From: Longimicrobiales bacterium
GTDB lineage: Bacteria; Gemmatimonadota; Gemmatimonadetes; Longimicrobiales; RSA9
Length of the DNA: 64,000 bases
Assembly (NCBI GenBank): GCA_035512635.1
Contig: DATKDR010000047.1
Coordinates: 21,518 to 85,517, forward strand
Direction: 5' to 3'
Shown: positions 39,061-50,357 of the stretch, piece after piece
Layout: every line of letters begins with the position of its first letter
Position numbering within the stretch: position 1 is the stretch's first letter
The notes under the pieces: generated by a model
The model's input: the letters and a program-made list of their open reading frames with translations, nothing else
The model's database searches: none
Told to the model about the DNA's origin: nothing
Position numbers and translations under genes: made by a program

Positions 39061-39821
39061 CGCTTCCGCGCGACCGCGATCAGGCTCACGCCCCGACGAT
39101 AGCGCCGGCGCTCAGCGCCCGGCCGCACCTGCGCCAGACGCCGGGCCTCGCCCGCGAACGTCCGCGTCAGCAGCCGATTCACGGGCGCGGAGGGCATGGA
39201 GAAGTCGGTGCCGCCGCGACCGCTCGCGCGGCCCAGCACGCGAGCCGCGCCGCGAATCGCCCGCACCACCGGATAGAGTCGCGCGTTGAAGTAGGAGAGC
39301 ATTTCGACGTCCAGCGGCAGCGAGGCGAGGAGGCTGACGAGCGTCTCCTCCGTGTAGCGCCGATAGTGGCCGAAGCTCTCGTCGTGCTCGCTCCACAGGG
39401 CCGGATCGGCGGGCACGGTGATCAGTACGCGACTGCCGCTCGGCACGGCCGTCAGCACGTCGGTCATGAACGCGTGATCGTCCGGCACGTGCTCGATGAC
39501 GTCCAGCAGCATGAACAGCTCGGCCAGCCGATCCTGCGGTCGCAGGTCCGCCGGCGCCGTGCCCGCGATGAAGTGCACGTTCGGAAAGCGTCGTCGCGCG
39601 AGCGCGATCGCCGGCTCGTGCGGATCGATGCCGCACACGTCGTAGTCCGCCGCGAGCGCGGCGACATTGGCGCCGGTGCCGCAGCCGATCTCGACGATGC
39701 GATGCCCCGCGCCCGGCGGCACGAACGTCTCGACCACCGACTTCAGGATCCGGCGCCGGCCGACGAACCACCAGTGCGACAGCTCGATCTCCGCGTGCAG
39801 CGTAAAGAGGTCGTCGCGCAT
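39057..39821 (-). CDS. Class I SAM methyltransferase
   Basis: HWWFVGRR, EIGCGTG, DVIEHV and WSEHDESFGHYRRY. Confidence 0.9.
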   Translation of the reverse strand: MRDDLFTLHAEIELSHWWFVGRRRILKSVVETFVPPGAGHRIVEIGCGTGANVAALAADYDVCGIDPHEPAIALARRRFPNVHFIAGTAPADLRPQDRLAELFMLLDVIEHVPDDHAFMTDVLTAVPSGSRVLITVPADPALWSEHDESFGHYRRYTEETLVSLLASLPLDVEMLSYFNARLYPVVRAIRGAARVLGRASGRGGTDFSMPSAPVNRLLTRTFAGEARRLAQVRPGAERRRYRRGVSLIAVARKR

Positions 39822-40686
39822 CAGGAGCCCGACTCGCGCGCGGCCCGGGAAGGGGGCGACGCTGCGTGCAGCGGCTGCACGGCGCGGTGCGACGGCGCGT
39901 GGTCTGCCGTTCCCTCGGTGTTGTAAACGGGCGCCCTGGGCGGCAGCAGGTTGAAGCGCAGGATGTGCAGCAGCGCGGCGACGCCGTCGCGCCAGCCGAT
40001 CTTCTTGCCCTCCGCGTACGTGCGACCGTTGTACGTGATGGGCATCTCGTAGACGCGGGCCTTCGCCTGCGCGAGGCGCGCCGTCAGCTCGGGCTCGAAG
40101 CCGAAGCGATTCGCGCGCAGCGGCAGGCTCTTGATCAGGTCCGCCCTCACCATCTTGTAGCAGGTTTCCATGTCGGTGAGGTTCAGGTCGGTCAGCATGT
40201 TGGAAAGCAGCGTCAGCAGGCCGTTGCCCACGCTGTGCCAGAAGTACAGCACGCGATGCGGACCGCCGAGGAAGCGGCTGCCGAAGACGGCGTCCGCGCG
40301 CCCGTCCCTGATGGGATCGAGCAGGTCCACGAACTCCTGGGGATCGTATTCCAGGTCGGCGTCCTGAATGACGACCACTTCGCCGGTCGCGTGCTGGATG
40401 CCGGAGCGGCAGGCGGCGCCCTTGCCGCGATTGCGAGGGTGAGCGACGAGGACGTCGATCGCGCCGTCGTCGCGCAGCCGCTCGAGCACCTGGAGCGTGC
40501 CATCCGTCGAGCAGTCGTCGACGCAGATGATCTCGATGGGCAGCGGCACGGCACGGACGCGGGCGATGGAGTGCTCGACCGTCGCTTCCTCGTTGAACAC
40601 CGGCATGATCACGCTCAGGCGCAGAAACTCCGCGCGTTGCGCCGGCTTGCCATGGCCGACCTCGAGCATCTCGCGGCGTCGCGCGC

Positions 40687-40690
<4 letters not shown>
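39821..40690 (-). CDS. DPM1-like polyprenyl-phosphate glycosyltransferase (GT2)
   Basis: MPVFNEE, NRGKGAA, QDADLEYDP, TDMETCYK, FGFEPE and EGKKIGWRDG; ATGA overlap with pilR. Confidence 0.92.
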
Positions 40691-42054
<1,364 letters not shown>

Positions 42055-42055
42055 C

Positions 42056-43687
42056 TCATGACTCTCCGTTCGGTCCGGGCAGGTATACCGTGAAGCGCGT
42101 GCCCCCGGCGGGAGCGGTGTCGACGAAGATCGCGCCGTGGTGCGACGTCACGGCCCGGTGCACGAGCGCGAGACCGAGCCCGCTGCCACCCCTGCGTCGC
42201 GTGAAGAAAGGATCGAATACGCGCGACAGATCCGCCGGCGCGATGCCGCCGCCGTCGTCGCTCACCGTCCAGCGGATCGGATACTCCATCTCGACGCCCA
42301 CCGGCAGCTCCCATTCGCGCACCCGACGCAGGTCCACGCGCACGGGACCCTGCTTCGAGTGCTGGAGGGCGTTCAGGACCAGATTGTAGATCGCGCGATG
42401 GAGCAGGTCCTCGTCGCCCTGCACCACGATCGGCTGTGCGCCTAGGCTCAGGTCGACGGACAGGTCGCCGCGCGACTCCGGGTGCCGTTTCGCCAGCTCA
42501 ATCGCCACGCTCGAGATCGCCGCCAGGTCGACCCGCGCCGCCTGCCGCGGCTCCACCCGGCCGAACTCGATGAAGTCCGTCAGCAGCCGGCTGAGGCGAT
42601 CCGACTCCGTCAGCACCAGCCCGCCCAGCACCCGACGATCCTCCACCCGCAGCGCCCCCGTCTTCCGACCCGCCGTCAGCTGCTCGACCGCGCTCCGGAT
42701 CGACGCCAGCGGGTTCTTGATCTCGTGCGCCATCGACGCCGACAGCTCCGCCACCGCCTGGAGCCGCTCGGCCCGTCGCTTCACCTCTTCCAGCCGACGT
42801 CCATCCGTGATGTCCTGCACCACCACCGTCGCCCAGGGCGCGCCCGCGCGCTCCAGCACCGTCGTGCGCGCACCGATCAGCCGCTCCTCGCCTTCCTCGT
42901 GCTGGCGTGGACTCTCGAACCAGCGCACCGACTGCCGCGTCCGCAGGCTGCGCGCGAGCGTCGAGCCCAGCGCCGGCACACGCGCATCCATCTCGTCCAG
43001 CACCGGACGCCCCAGCCAGTCCGCCCGTCGGATGCCGAGCAGCCCCGCCGCCGCGTCGTTCATGTAGACCAGCCGGCCGTCCGCATCCACCGTCACCACT
43101 CCCGTGTCCAGCGCGGCCAGGATGTCGCCGTGGTCCAGCCGCAGCTGGCGCAGCTCCGACACGACCTCCCCCAGCGCCACACCCGTCCGCCGCAGCCGAT
43201 CGCCCAGGTAACCCGTCACCAGCGCGATCACCGCGAACACCGTCACCTGCACGAACACCGACGACGGCACCGCCCCCTCGTGGCCCCACAGGATGTCCGC
43301 GAAGTACAGCAGGCTCGTCAGCGCGCCGATCAGCATTCCGCCCGGCAGCGGCAGCATCAGCGCCCCCGCCGCGATCACCAGGATGTACAGCGGTGCGAAG
43401 TCGCTCGCGTAGCCGCCGGTCACGTGCACGACGCCCGTCACCAGCAGCGAATCCACCAGCGACTGGCCGTACAGGAAATTCGCCCCCGGCGAACGGTTCA
43501 GAATCCCCGTCCACCACGCGCTGAAACCCGTCACCGCCACCGCCACCAGCAGCACCAGCGTCGCGACCAGCGTCGACTGCGGGTCCGCCTCCACCCAGTT
43601 GAACAGCGCGGCCACGAACACGGCCGCCGCCAGAATCAGCCGGCTGGCGTAGATCCACCGCAGTAGACGCAGCGGTCCTACGAGCAT
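42056..43687 (-). CDS. pilS: PilS-type sensor histidine kinase (multi-TM, PAS, HisKA, HATPase)
   Basis: About six TMs with D..LVT..VHVTGG..S.F..LY (PilS signature), PAS, AHEIKNPL, DDGGGI and GSGLGL; ATG at 43687. Confidence 0.88.
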   Translation of the reverse strand: MLVGPLRLLRWIYASRLILAAAVFVAALFNWVEADPQSTLVATLVLLVAVAVTGFSAWWTGILNRSPGANFLYGQSLVDSLLVTGVVHVTGGYASDFAPLYILVIAAGALMLPLPGGMLIGALTSLLYFADILWGHEGAVPSSVFVQVTVFAVIALVTGYLGDRLRRTGVALGEVVSELRQLRLDHGDILAALDTGVVTVDADGRLVYMNDAAAGLLGIRRADWLGRPVLDEMDARVPALGSTLARSLRTRQSVRWFESPRQHEEGEERLIGARTTVLERAGAPWATVVVQDITDGRRLEEVKRRAERLQAVAELSASMAHEIKNPLASIRSAVEQLTAGRKTGALRVEDRRVLGGLVLTESDRLSRLLTDFIEFGRVEPRQAARVDLAAISSVAIELAKRHPESRGDLSVDLSLGAQPIVVQGDEDLLHRAIYNLVLNALQHSKQGPVRVDLRRVREWELPVGVEMEYPIRWTVSDDGGGIAPADLSRVFDPFFTRRRGGSGLGLALVHRAVTSHHGAIFVDTAPAGGTRFTVYLPGPNGES

Positions 43688-43730
43688 GGATTCGCCTGGT
43701 GTGGGGACACGGGATTTACTCGGGAGGGGG

Positions 43731-43766
43731 TTGCAGAAGGCTAGTAGAGAGAGTTGCAGAATGCAA
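43731..43766. promoter_or_regulatory. Tandem TTGC-N5-GCAA-type sites, putative activator binding sites
   Basis: TTGCAGAAGGCTA (43731) and the palindrome TTGCAGAATGCAA (43754), 23 bp apart, in the divergent intergenic region. Confidence 0.45.
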
Positions 43767-43805
43767 GCGTTTCGCGGCCGCGTATCCTCCGCTACCGGGC
43801 CCACC

Positions 43806-43965
43806 GGCCGAGCACGAGCACGTCTTGCCTCGGCCGATGGCACGCGAGGCCTCTCCCTGCGGCCGATCGCCCAACCGCGAAAAGCCGTGGGCCGGCGGGT
43901 CGCGTTTTCGACGGCGGCCGGTCCAGGTACCTGCACGTGCACGTGGGTCGTGCTCGTGCTCGGCC
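43806..43965. repeat. 160-bp element bounded by perfect 17-bp inverted repeats (MITE/REP-like)
   Basis: GGCCGAGCACGAGCACG (43806-43822) and CGTGCTCGTGCTCGGCC (43949-43965); no target-site duplication seen. Confidence 0.7.
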
Positions 43966-44036
43966 TGTCGCCCCGAACGCCGGCCAGCCGTCCAGCCCAC
44001 GAGGAACCTTCCTCGCTTCCCTGCTGTCGTACCGGA

Positions 44037-44051
44037 TGGTACATCGCTTGC
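44037..44051 (+). promoter_or_regulatory. Sigma54 (-24/-12) promoter
   Basis: TGGTACA-TCGC-TTGC is close to consensus TGGCACG-N4-TTGC; followed by a GGAGG RBS and ATG 44093. Confidence 0.75.
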
Positions 44052-44092
44052 GCCCGCGGAACCGGGGTTACCCGCATGGGAGGAAGGGCAGG

Positions 44093-47000
44093 ATGGCTGA
44101 ATCGACAGAGGTCGCGCGCGGCTCACGCGCGCGTATGCGTGTGCGCGCCGCCGTGCGCGCCATTTCGTTTCCGTCGCGAAGCAGGGGCTCGTTGGTAAGC
44201 GAGGCGCGGGAATCGGAACGCTGGCGCGGGCGATACCGGGTACCGGCCGCGCGCGGCTTCGCGCTGGTCGCGGCGATTGCGCTGACCGTCCTCTCCGCGC
44301 TGCCGGTGAGCGCGCAGTATTTCGGTCGCAATAAGGTCCAGTACGACGACTTCGACTGGCAGGTGATGGCGACCGAGAACTTCGACATCCACTTCTATCC
44401 GGAGGCGCGGCTGGCGACGGAGGACGGGGCGCGCATGGTGGAGCGGTGGAATGCGAGGCTGAAGGACGCGTTCCAGCATCGGCTGCGGGGCCGGAAGCCC
44501 ATCGTCTACTACGCGGATCATCCCGACTTCCAGCAGACGAACGTGATCAGCGGGCTGATCGGCGAGGGGACGGGCGGCGTCACGGAAGCGCTGAAGAATC
44601 GCATGACGCTGCCCTTCACGGGGGTCTACGAGGACAACGACCACGTGATCGGCCACGAGCTGGTGCACGTCTATCAGTACGACATCGCGAGTCGGGGCGG
44701 GATGGCGGGGCTGTCGCAGATGGGACGGCTGCCGCTGTGGCTGGTGGAGGGGATGGCGGAGTATCTGTCGACGGGGCGCGAGGACGCGCACACGGCGATG
44801 TGGATGCGCGACGCGGTGCTGCGCGACGACGTGCCCACGATCCGGCAGCTCACGCGCGACAGGCGCTACTTCCCGTATCGCTACGGCCAGGCGCTGCTGG
44901 CGTACGTCGCCGGTCTGTACGGGGACGGCGCGGTCACGGCGCTGTTCCGGTCGTCGCTGCGCAACGGCTGGGACGGCGCGGTGCGCGGCGTGCTCGGCAT
45001 GACGAGCGATTCGCTGTCGCGGCAGTGGATCAGCGCGACGCGGGCCGCCTACCTGCCGACGATGGAAGGCCGCACGATTCCGGACGAGGTGGGGCGCGTC
45101 GTCCTGTCGGAGGATCTGGATGCCGGCTCGATGAACGTCGCGCCGTCGCTGAGCCCGGATGGCCGCTACGTGGCGTTCTACTCGGAGCTGGACCTGTTCT
45201 CGGTGGATCTGTTCATCGCGGATGCGCAGACGGGTGAGGTTCTGCACAAGGTGGCGAGCGCGGACTCGGACCCGCACTTCGACGCGCTGAGCTTCCTCCA
45301 GAGCGCCGGCACGTGGTCGCCGGACGGACAGCGGCTCGCGTTCGTGGTGTTCTCGCAGGGGGACAACGAGCTGGCGATCGCCGAGGTGGAGGATGGCGAC
45401 ATCGAGCAGCGCATCGCGGTGCGCGGCGTGGGCGCGATCCGGGATCCGGCGTGGTCGCCGGACGGACGCACGATTGCGTTCACGGGGCTTTCGGGCGGCA
45501 TCTCCGACCTGTACCTGCTGGACATCGCGAGCGGGCAGGTGCGCCAGCTCACGAACGACCGCTACGCGGACATCCAGGCGGCGTGGTCGCCGGACGGCCG
45601 CACGATCGCGTTCGCGAGCGACCGCGGAACGGAGACCGATTTCGCGCGGCTGGTCTACAGCCCGATGCGGGTGACGCTCATCGAGGTGGCGACCGGAGCG
45701 ACGGAAGTGCTGCCCGTGCTCGACGAGCGGGCGAAGCACATGAATCCGCAGTGGTCGCCGGACGGAACGGAGCTGTATTTCGTCGCGGACGTCGACGGCT
45801 TCAGCGACGTGTTCCGGACGAATCCGGCCACCGGCGCCACGTATCGCGTGACCAATGTGGCGACGGGAGTGAGCGGCGTGACCGACCTGTCCCCCGCGCT
45901 GACGGTCGCCGCGCGCACGGGCACGGTGATGTTCACGGTCTTCGGTGACGGCGAGTTCACGGTTCATTCGCTGACGCCGGAGCTGGCGGTGGGCACGCCG
46001 ATCGAGGGCGTGACGCCGGGAATCAGCGTCGCGCGCGTGCTGCCGCCGGTCGAATCCGCGGGGCGCGGGCTGGTCGGCTCGTACCTGGACGACCCGCTCG
46101 CCGGCCTGCCGGACGCCACCGAATTCGTGGTGGCCGACTACGAGTCGAACCTGACGCTGGACTACATCGGCACGCCCGCGGTGGGCGCGATCTACTCGCC
46201 CGGCTACGGCAGCGGCTTCGTCGGCGGCGTGTCGTTCCTGTTCAGCGACATGCTGGGCAACCGCCAGGTGGGCGCGGTGCTCCAGGCACAGGGCGGCATC
46301 GAGGACATCGGCGGGCAGGCGGTGTACATCGACGCGGGCGACCGCTGGAACTGGGGCGTCGGGCTGACGCACATCCCGTATGCGAGCATCTACGGCCAGC
46401 GCGGCGTGACCGACAGTCGCGTCATCGATCGCATCGTACGCGAGCGCTTCTACGTATCCGAGGCGGGAGTTTTCGCGCAGTATCCGTTCACCATGACGCG
46501 GCGCTTCGAGGCGGACCTGAGCTACACGCGGTACGCCTTCGACATCGAGGAGGAGCTGCTGGAGTTCGATCGCCAGACGGGCCAGCTGATTTCGCGCACC
46601 GAGAACGACCTGAACGCGGCGCCGGACGTTCACATGGTCAGCAGCAGCCCCGCCTATGTAGGGGACAATTCCTTCTTCGGCTTCACCTCGCCCGTCAGCG
46701 GAGGACGCTTCCGCTACGAAGTGTCACCGACGGTGGGCACGCTCAACTTCGTGACGCTGAACCTCGACCACCGGCGCTACTTCTTCTTCAACCCGCTGAC
46801 CCTCGCCGTACGCGGCATGCACTTCGGCTACTACACCGGGGACGAGAGCGACACGCGGCTGCGCGACGGCGTATTCCTCGGCTACGAATGGCTGATCAGG
46901 GGATACGCGCGCGAATCGTTCGAGTCCAACGAGTGTCCGGAATCGGTCGGCTCCGGCACGTTTTCGGATTGTCCCGCGTTCGGCCGACTGTACGGCAGCC

Positions 47001-47386
47001 GGATCGCCGTCGCGAACTTCGAGGCGCGCTTCCCCTTCCTCGGCGTCGAGGAGTTCGGGCTGATCAACTTCCCGTACCTGCCGACGGAGCTGACCGCCTT
47101 CTTCGACGCCGGCTTCGCCTGGTGCGGCGACAGTCCGCCCGAGACGCCGGAGCAGGACTTCGTGGTGCCGACGCGCTGCGGTCCCGGAGCCAACGGCGAG
47201 CCCGCGGAGGACACGGACCTGATGTTCAGGACGAACAGCATCGAGCGCATTCCGGTGTTCAGCGCGGGCGTCAGCTCGAGGTTCAACATCCTGGGCTACA
47301 TCATCCTCGAGGTCTACTACGCCTACCCGTTCCAGCGGCCGGACAAGGGCTGGCACTTGGGCTTCAATCTGGCGCCCGGCTGGTAG
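44093..47386 (+). CDS. Outer-membrane protein: zinc metallopeptidase domain, TolB-like propeller and Omp85/BamA-type barrel
   Basis: Signal peptide ending VSA|Q, HELVH...WLVEGMAEY, repeated WSPDG blades, IRGY motif, FFDAG and terminal aromatic W. Start codon uncertain. Confidence 0.85.
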   Translation: MAESTEVARGSRARMRVRAAVRAISFPSRSRGSLVSEARESERWRGRYRVPAARGFALVAAIALTVLSALPVSAQYFGRNKVQYDDFDWQVMATENFDIHFYPEARLATEDGARMVERWNARLKDAFQHRLRGRKPIVYYADHPDFQQTNVISGLIGEGTGGVTEALKNRMTLPFTGVYEDNDHVIGHELVHVYQYDIASRGGMAGLSQMGRLPLWLVEGMAEYLSTGREDAHTAMWMRDAVLRDDVPTIRQLTRDRRYFPYRYGQALLAYVAGLYGDGAVTALFRSSLRNGWDGAVRGVLGMTSDSLSRQWISATRAAYLPTMEGRTIPDEVGRVVLSEDLDAGSMNVAPSLSPDGRYVAFYSELDLFSVDLFIADAQTGEVLHKVASADSDPHFDALSFLQSAGTWSPDGQRLAFVVFSQGDNELAIAEVEDGDIEQRIAVRGVGAIRDPAWSPDGRTIAFTGLSGGISDLYLLDIASGQVRQLTNDRYADIQAAWSPDGRTIAFASDRGTETDFARLVYSPMRVTLIEVATGATEVLPVLDERAKHMNPQWSPDGTELYFVADVDGFSDVFRTNPATGATYRVTNVATGVSGVTDLSPALTVAARTGTVMFTVFGDGEFTVHSLTPELAVGTPIEGVTPGISVARVLPPVESAGRGLVGSYLDDPLAGLPDATEFVVADYESNLTLDYIGTPAVGAIYSPGYGSGFVGGVSFLFSDMLGNRQVGAVLQAQGGIEDIGGQAVYIDAGDRWNWGVGLTHIPYASIYGQRGVTDSRVIDRIVRERFYVSEAGVFAQYPFTMTRRFEADLSYTRYAFDIEEELLEFDRQTGQLISRTENDLNAAPDVHMVSSSPAYVGDNSFFGFTSPVSGGRFRYEVSPTVGTLNFVTLNLDHRRYFFFNPLTLAVRGMHFGYYTGDESDTRLRDGVFLGYEWLIRGYARESFESNECPESVGSGTFSDCPAFGRLYGSRIAVANFEARFPFLGVEEFGLINFPYLPTELTAFFDAGFAWCGDSPPETPEQDFVVPTRCGPGANGEPAEDTDLMFRTNSIERIPVFSAGVSSRFNILGYIILEVYYAYPFQRPDKGWHLGFNLAPGW

Positions 47387-47987
47387 CGGGAGCGGTGCCG
47401 CCCGGCTCGTCGTCGCGCGAGCCGGGCGGTGCGCCCACGTCGGGCGGCGTCACCCAGCGATCGAATTCACCGGCACCGAGGCGGGCTTTCAGCTCCAGGA
47501 GCTGGGTCGCGGCCCATGCGGCCGTCGGCGTGTGCGGGAAGGCGGCGGCCAGACGCGCGAGCTCCGGCATCGCGCGCTGCGGATCACTCCGGTCGCTCAG
47601 GTAGATCTCCGCGATCTCGCGCGAGATCAGCATCGCCGTCAGCGATTCGGGTTGAACGAGCGAGCGCGCGGCGCGCAACGCCTCGAGCGCACGCTTCGGG
47701 CGGCGCAGCTCCGATGCCTCGATGCGCGCGATGCGCAGCCAGGGCTCGGGATCGTCGGGCTCGTCCGCGGCGGCGGCCTCGTATGCGCCGATGGCTTCCT
47801 CGAAGCGGCCGCGGACGGCGAGGGATTCAGGAGCCGAGTAGCCGGGCCGTGACGGCACCGTGCTGCCGGACGGGTTGTAGAGCCGGCGCGCGAATGCGGT
47901 CGCGCCGCTCAACATCCCGTGCACCATCAGTCGCACGAACACCGGCAGACGGATCGCACCGGCCGGCAGCGCGATGGCCGGATGCAC
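47364..47987 (-). CDS. TPR-containing hypothetical protein
   Basis: GRFEEAIGAYE...PDDPEPWLRIA TPR-like helices; the N-terminus is uncertain. Confidence 0.55.
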   Translation of the reverse strand: MHPAIALPAGAIRLPVFVRLMVHGMLSGATAFARRLYNPSGSTVPSRPGYSAPESLAVRGRFEEAIGAYEAAAADEPDDPEPWLRIARIEASELRRPKRALEALRAARSLVQPESLTAMLISREIAEIYLSDRSDPQRAMPELARLAAAFPHTPTAAWAATQLLELKARLGAGEFDRWVTPPDVGAPPGSRDDEPGGTAPATSRAPD

Positions 47988-48039
47988 GCCCGTTTCCGAG
48001 ACCCGCTCGCTCGACCGAAAGGCTTGGGCACCGGGCGCG

Positions 48040-49527
48040 TCAGTTTGCGGGCCGCGTCCGCTCGCGCGCCCACTCGCGCATGGCCGCGACGCGCTCGGCC
48101 ATGGTCACGGCGAGGGGCCGGGTGGCAGCGATCTCCGCGGCCAGCGCAGCCGTGTCCGCGGCGCGCTCGGCGGCGAACGCGGCGTACATGGCGGAGACGA
48201 CGACCTGCTCGATCTCGGCGCCGCTGAAGTCCGGGCTGGCCGCGGCGAGTGCGGCCACATCGAACGTGTGCGACGGCTGGTTGCGACGCTCGAGGTGGAT
48301 GCGGAAGATCTCGGCGCGCGTGGCCTCGTCGGGCAGATCGACGAAGAAGATCTCGTCGAAGCGGCCCTTCCGCAGGAATTCGGCGGGCAGGCGCGCGACA
48401 TCGTTGGCGGTGGCGACGACGAAGACGTCGCCGGTGCGGTCCTGCATCCAGGAGAGGAACCCGCCCAGCACGCGCTGCGACACGCCGCCATCCTCGCCGC
48501 CCGCCGCGAAGGCTTTTTCGAGCTCGTCGATCCAGAGGACGACGGGCGCCATGCGCTCGGCCGTCTGCATCGCGCGCTTGAAGTTCCGCTCGGACTCGCC
48601 GACGTATTTGTGGTAGAGATTGGCGGTATCGAGCTTCAGCAGAGGCAGGCCCCAGTCCCAGGCGACCGCCTTCGCGCACAGCGACTTGCCGCAGCCGGGC
48701 ACACCCAGCAGCAGCATGCCGCGCGGGAATTCGAGGCCGAACGAGCGGGCCTTCGCCGAGTCGTGGACGATGGCGCGGCGCTCGGCCAGCCATTTCTTCA
48801 GGCCCGCCAGGTCGGCCACCTGCGACATCGGCGTCTCGGTCGGATAGTACTCGAGCAGCCCTTCGCGCTCGACCACCCGCTTCTTCGCTTCCATCACCTC
48901 GCGGATGTCCGCGGCGTTGAGGCGGCCGTCCTCCACGATCGCCCGCGTGAGCAGCTTCTCGGCCTCCATCAGCGTCAGCCCCTGGAGGTTGGCCAGCAGC
49001 TGCTCCTGCTCGGCGGGGTCGAGCTCGCTGCGGACGTGCATGCGCTGCGCGACGTCGTGCAGCACGCCCTGGAGCAGCGCGCGGTAATCGGCGGCGCCGG
49101 GAGCGGCCAGGCTCAGCAGCGCCGCCTGCGCGCGCAGCTGCGGCGGCAGGGACGCGGACTCCGCGGTCAGCACGAGCGCCCCCTCGTGTGTGCTCATCGC
49201 GCGGGCGGCATCGGCGACGCGCGCGGCGAGCGCGCGGTCGTCGGCGAGCGTATCGGCAATGCCCGGCATGTGGTAGAGCGCGGGCAGCTTGCCGGCGTCG
49301 ATGTGCGCGAGCGCCTTCTCCGGCGCCTGCGTGTCGTAGACGGGAGCCTCGAGGTCGTCGCGGCGCAGGCCCCTGGTTCGCGACCAGACGAAGAGCGGCA
49401 GGCCGCGGCGAGCCGCCGCATGACGCAGCAGCGAAGCCGCACGCTCCTCCTCAGCCGTCTCGATCAGGATGAGGCCGTAGCGCGTGCGCAGCAGGACGTC
49501 CAGCTCGTCGAGCATCTCGGGATTCAA
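48040..49527 (-). CDS. AAA+ ATPase (Ycf46/SpoVK-like)
   Basis: GVPGCGKS, YVGESE, WIDELEK and LRKGRFDEIFFVDLP; TTG start overlaps the marC stop. Confidence 0.92.
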   Translation of the reverse strand: MNPEMLDELDVLLRTRYGLILIETAEEERAASLLRHAAARRGLPLFVWSRTRGLRRDDLEAPVYDTQAPEKALAHIDAGKLPALYHMPGIADTLADDRALAARVADAARAMSTHEGALVLTAESASLPPQLRAQAALLSLAAPGAADYRALLQGVLHDVAQRMHVRSELDPAEQEQLLANLQGLTLMEAEKLLTRAIVEDGRLNAADIREVMEAKKRVVEREGLLEYYPTETPMSQVADLAGLKKWLAERRAIVHDSAKARSFGLEFPRGMLLLGVPGCGKSLCAKAVAWDWGLPLLKLDTANLYHKYVGESERNFKRAMQTAERMAPVVLWIDELEKAFAAGGEDGGVSQRVLGGFLSWMQDRTGDVFVVATANDVARLPAEFLRKGRFDEIFFVDLPDEATRAEIFRIHLERRNQPSHTFDVAALAAASPDFSGAEIEQVVVSAMYAAFAAERAADTAALAAEIAATRPLAVTMAERVAAMREWARERTRPAN

Positions 49528-50159
49528 AGCAGTTCCCTCGCGGCGGTGCTGAGCCCGTCGAGCACGAACTGCACGCCGATGACCGTGACGAGCAGACCCA
49601 TGATGCGGGTCATGACGTTGAGTCCGGTCTGGCCGGACGCGCGCAGCACAGTCGGCGCCGCGGCCAGAATCGCCCACGTCGTCAGCAGCACGAGCACGAG
49701 CGCCGTGTAGATCATCGCCTTCTGCGGCACCGTGGTCGCCTGTCCGAGGAGCGCGATGATGGTCGTGATCGCGCCGGGCCCGGCGAGTGTCGGAATGCCG
49801 AGCGGGATGATGCCGACGTCCTCCTTCGACGTGCCCTCCAGCTCCTCCTCCTCCGTGGTCTTCACGCGCGAGCGCTTCGCCTGGAGCATGTCCCAGCCGA
49901 TGCCGAAGAAGATGATGCCGCCCGCGATCTTGAAGGCATAGGTCGTGATGCCGAAAAAGCGCAGGATCAGCGTGCCGAGTGTCGCGAAGGCGAGCAGCAC
50001 GAGCAGCGCGGTGATCAGCGCGCGCAGCAGCGTGCGGCGTCGCTGCGGCTTCGTGTACGTCGCCGTAATGGCGAGGTAGAGCGGCACCGCGCCGATCGGA
50101 TTGATGATCGCGAGCAGCGACGTATAGGCGAGAGCGAGAAGTGCGGTCAGCTCTTCCAT
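49524..50159 (-). CDS. marC: MarC-family inner membrane protein
   Basis: INPIG, IAGGII, PLGIPTLAGPGAI and TRIMGLL. Confidence 0.93.
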   Translation of the reverse strand: MEELTALLALAYTSLLAIINPIGAVPLYLAITATYTKPQRRRTLLRALITALLVLLAFATLGTLILRFFGITTYAFKIAGGIIFFGIGWDMLQAKRSRVKTTEEEELEGTSKEDVGIIPLGIPTLAGPGAITTIIALLGQATTVPQKAMIYTALVLVLLTTWAILAAAPTVLRASGQTGLNVMTRIMGLLVTVIGVQFVLDGLSTAARELL

Positions 50160-50171
50160 GTCCTCACAGGA

Positions 50172-50206
50172 CCGGATGCCGGATTCCGGATTCCGGATTC
50201 CGGATT
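50172..50206. repeat. Heptamer tandem array CCGGAT(T/G) x5
   Basis: Directly upstream of the marC RBS. Confidence 0.93.
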
Positions 50207-50357
50207 ACCGGGCCGACGTTCATTTCTCCTGTGGCGTGCATCATTGTCGATTGGGGGTCCGTATGAATGCCGGCGATCGGCGAGAGAGGGGCGCCTCCGC
50301 GCTCCGGCACCCGTAGTATATCCGCTCACGCTTCGACGCACGACACGAGACGCTCGC

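Noticed and set aside
43688-44092. Replication origin at the skew switch
   Set aside because: No TTATCCACA-like boxes, no AT-rich element and no dnaA/dnaN nearby; kept only as a compositional observation.
44240-44320. Prepilin-like RG|FALV motif in the Omp85 protein N-terminus
   Set aside because: It is better explained as a Sec signal peptide cleaved at VSA|Q; no pilin domain follows.
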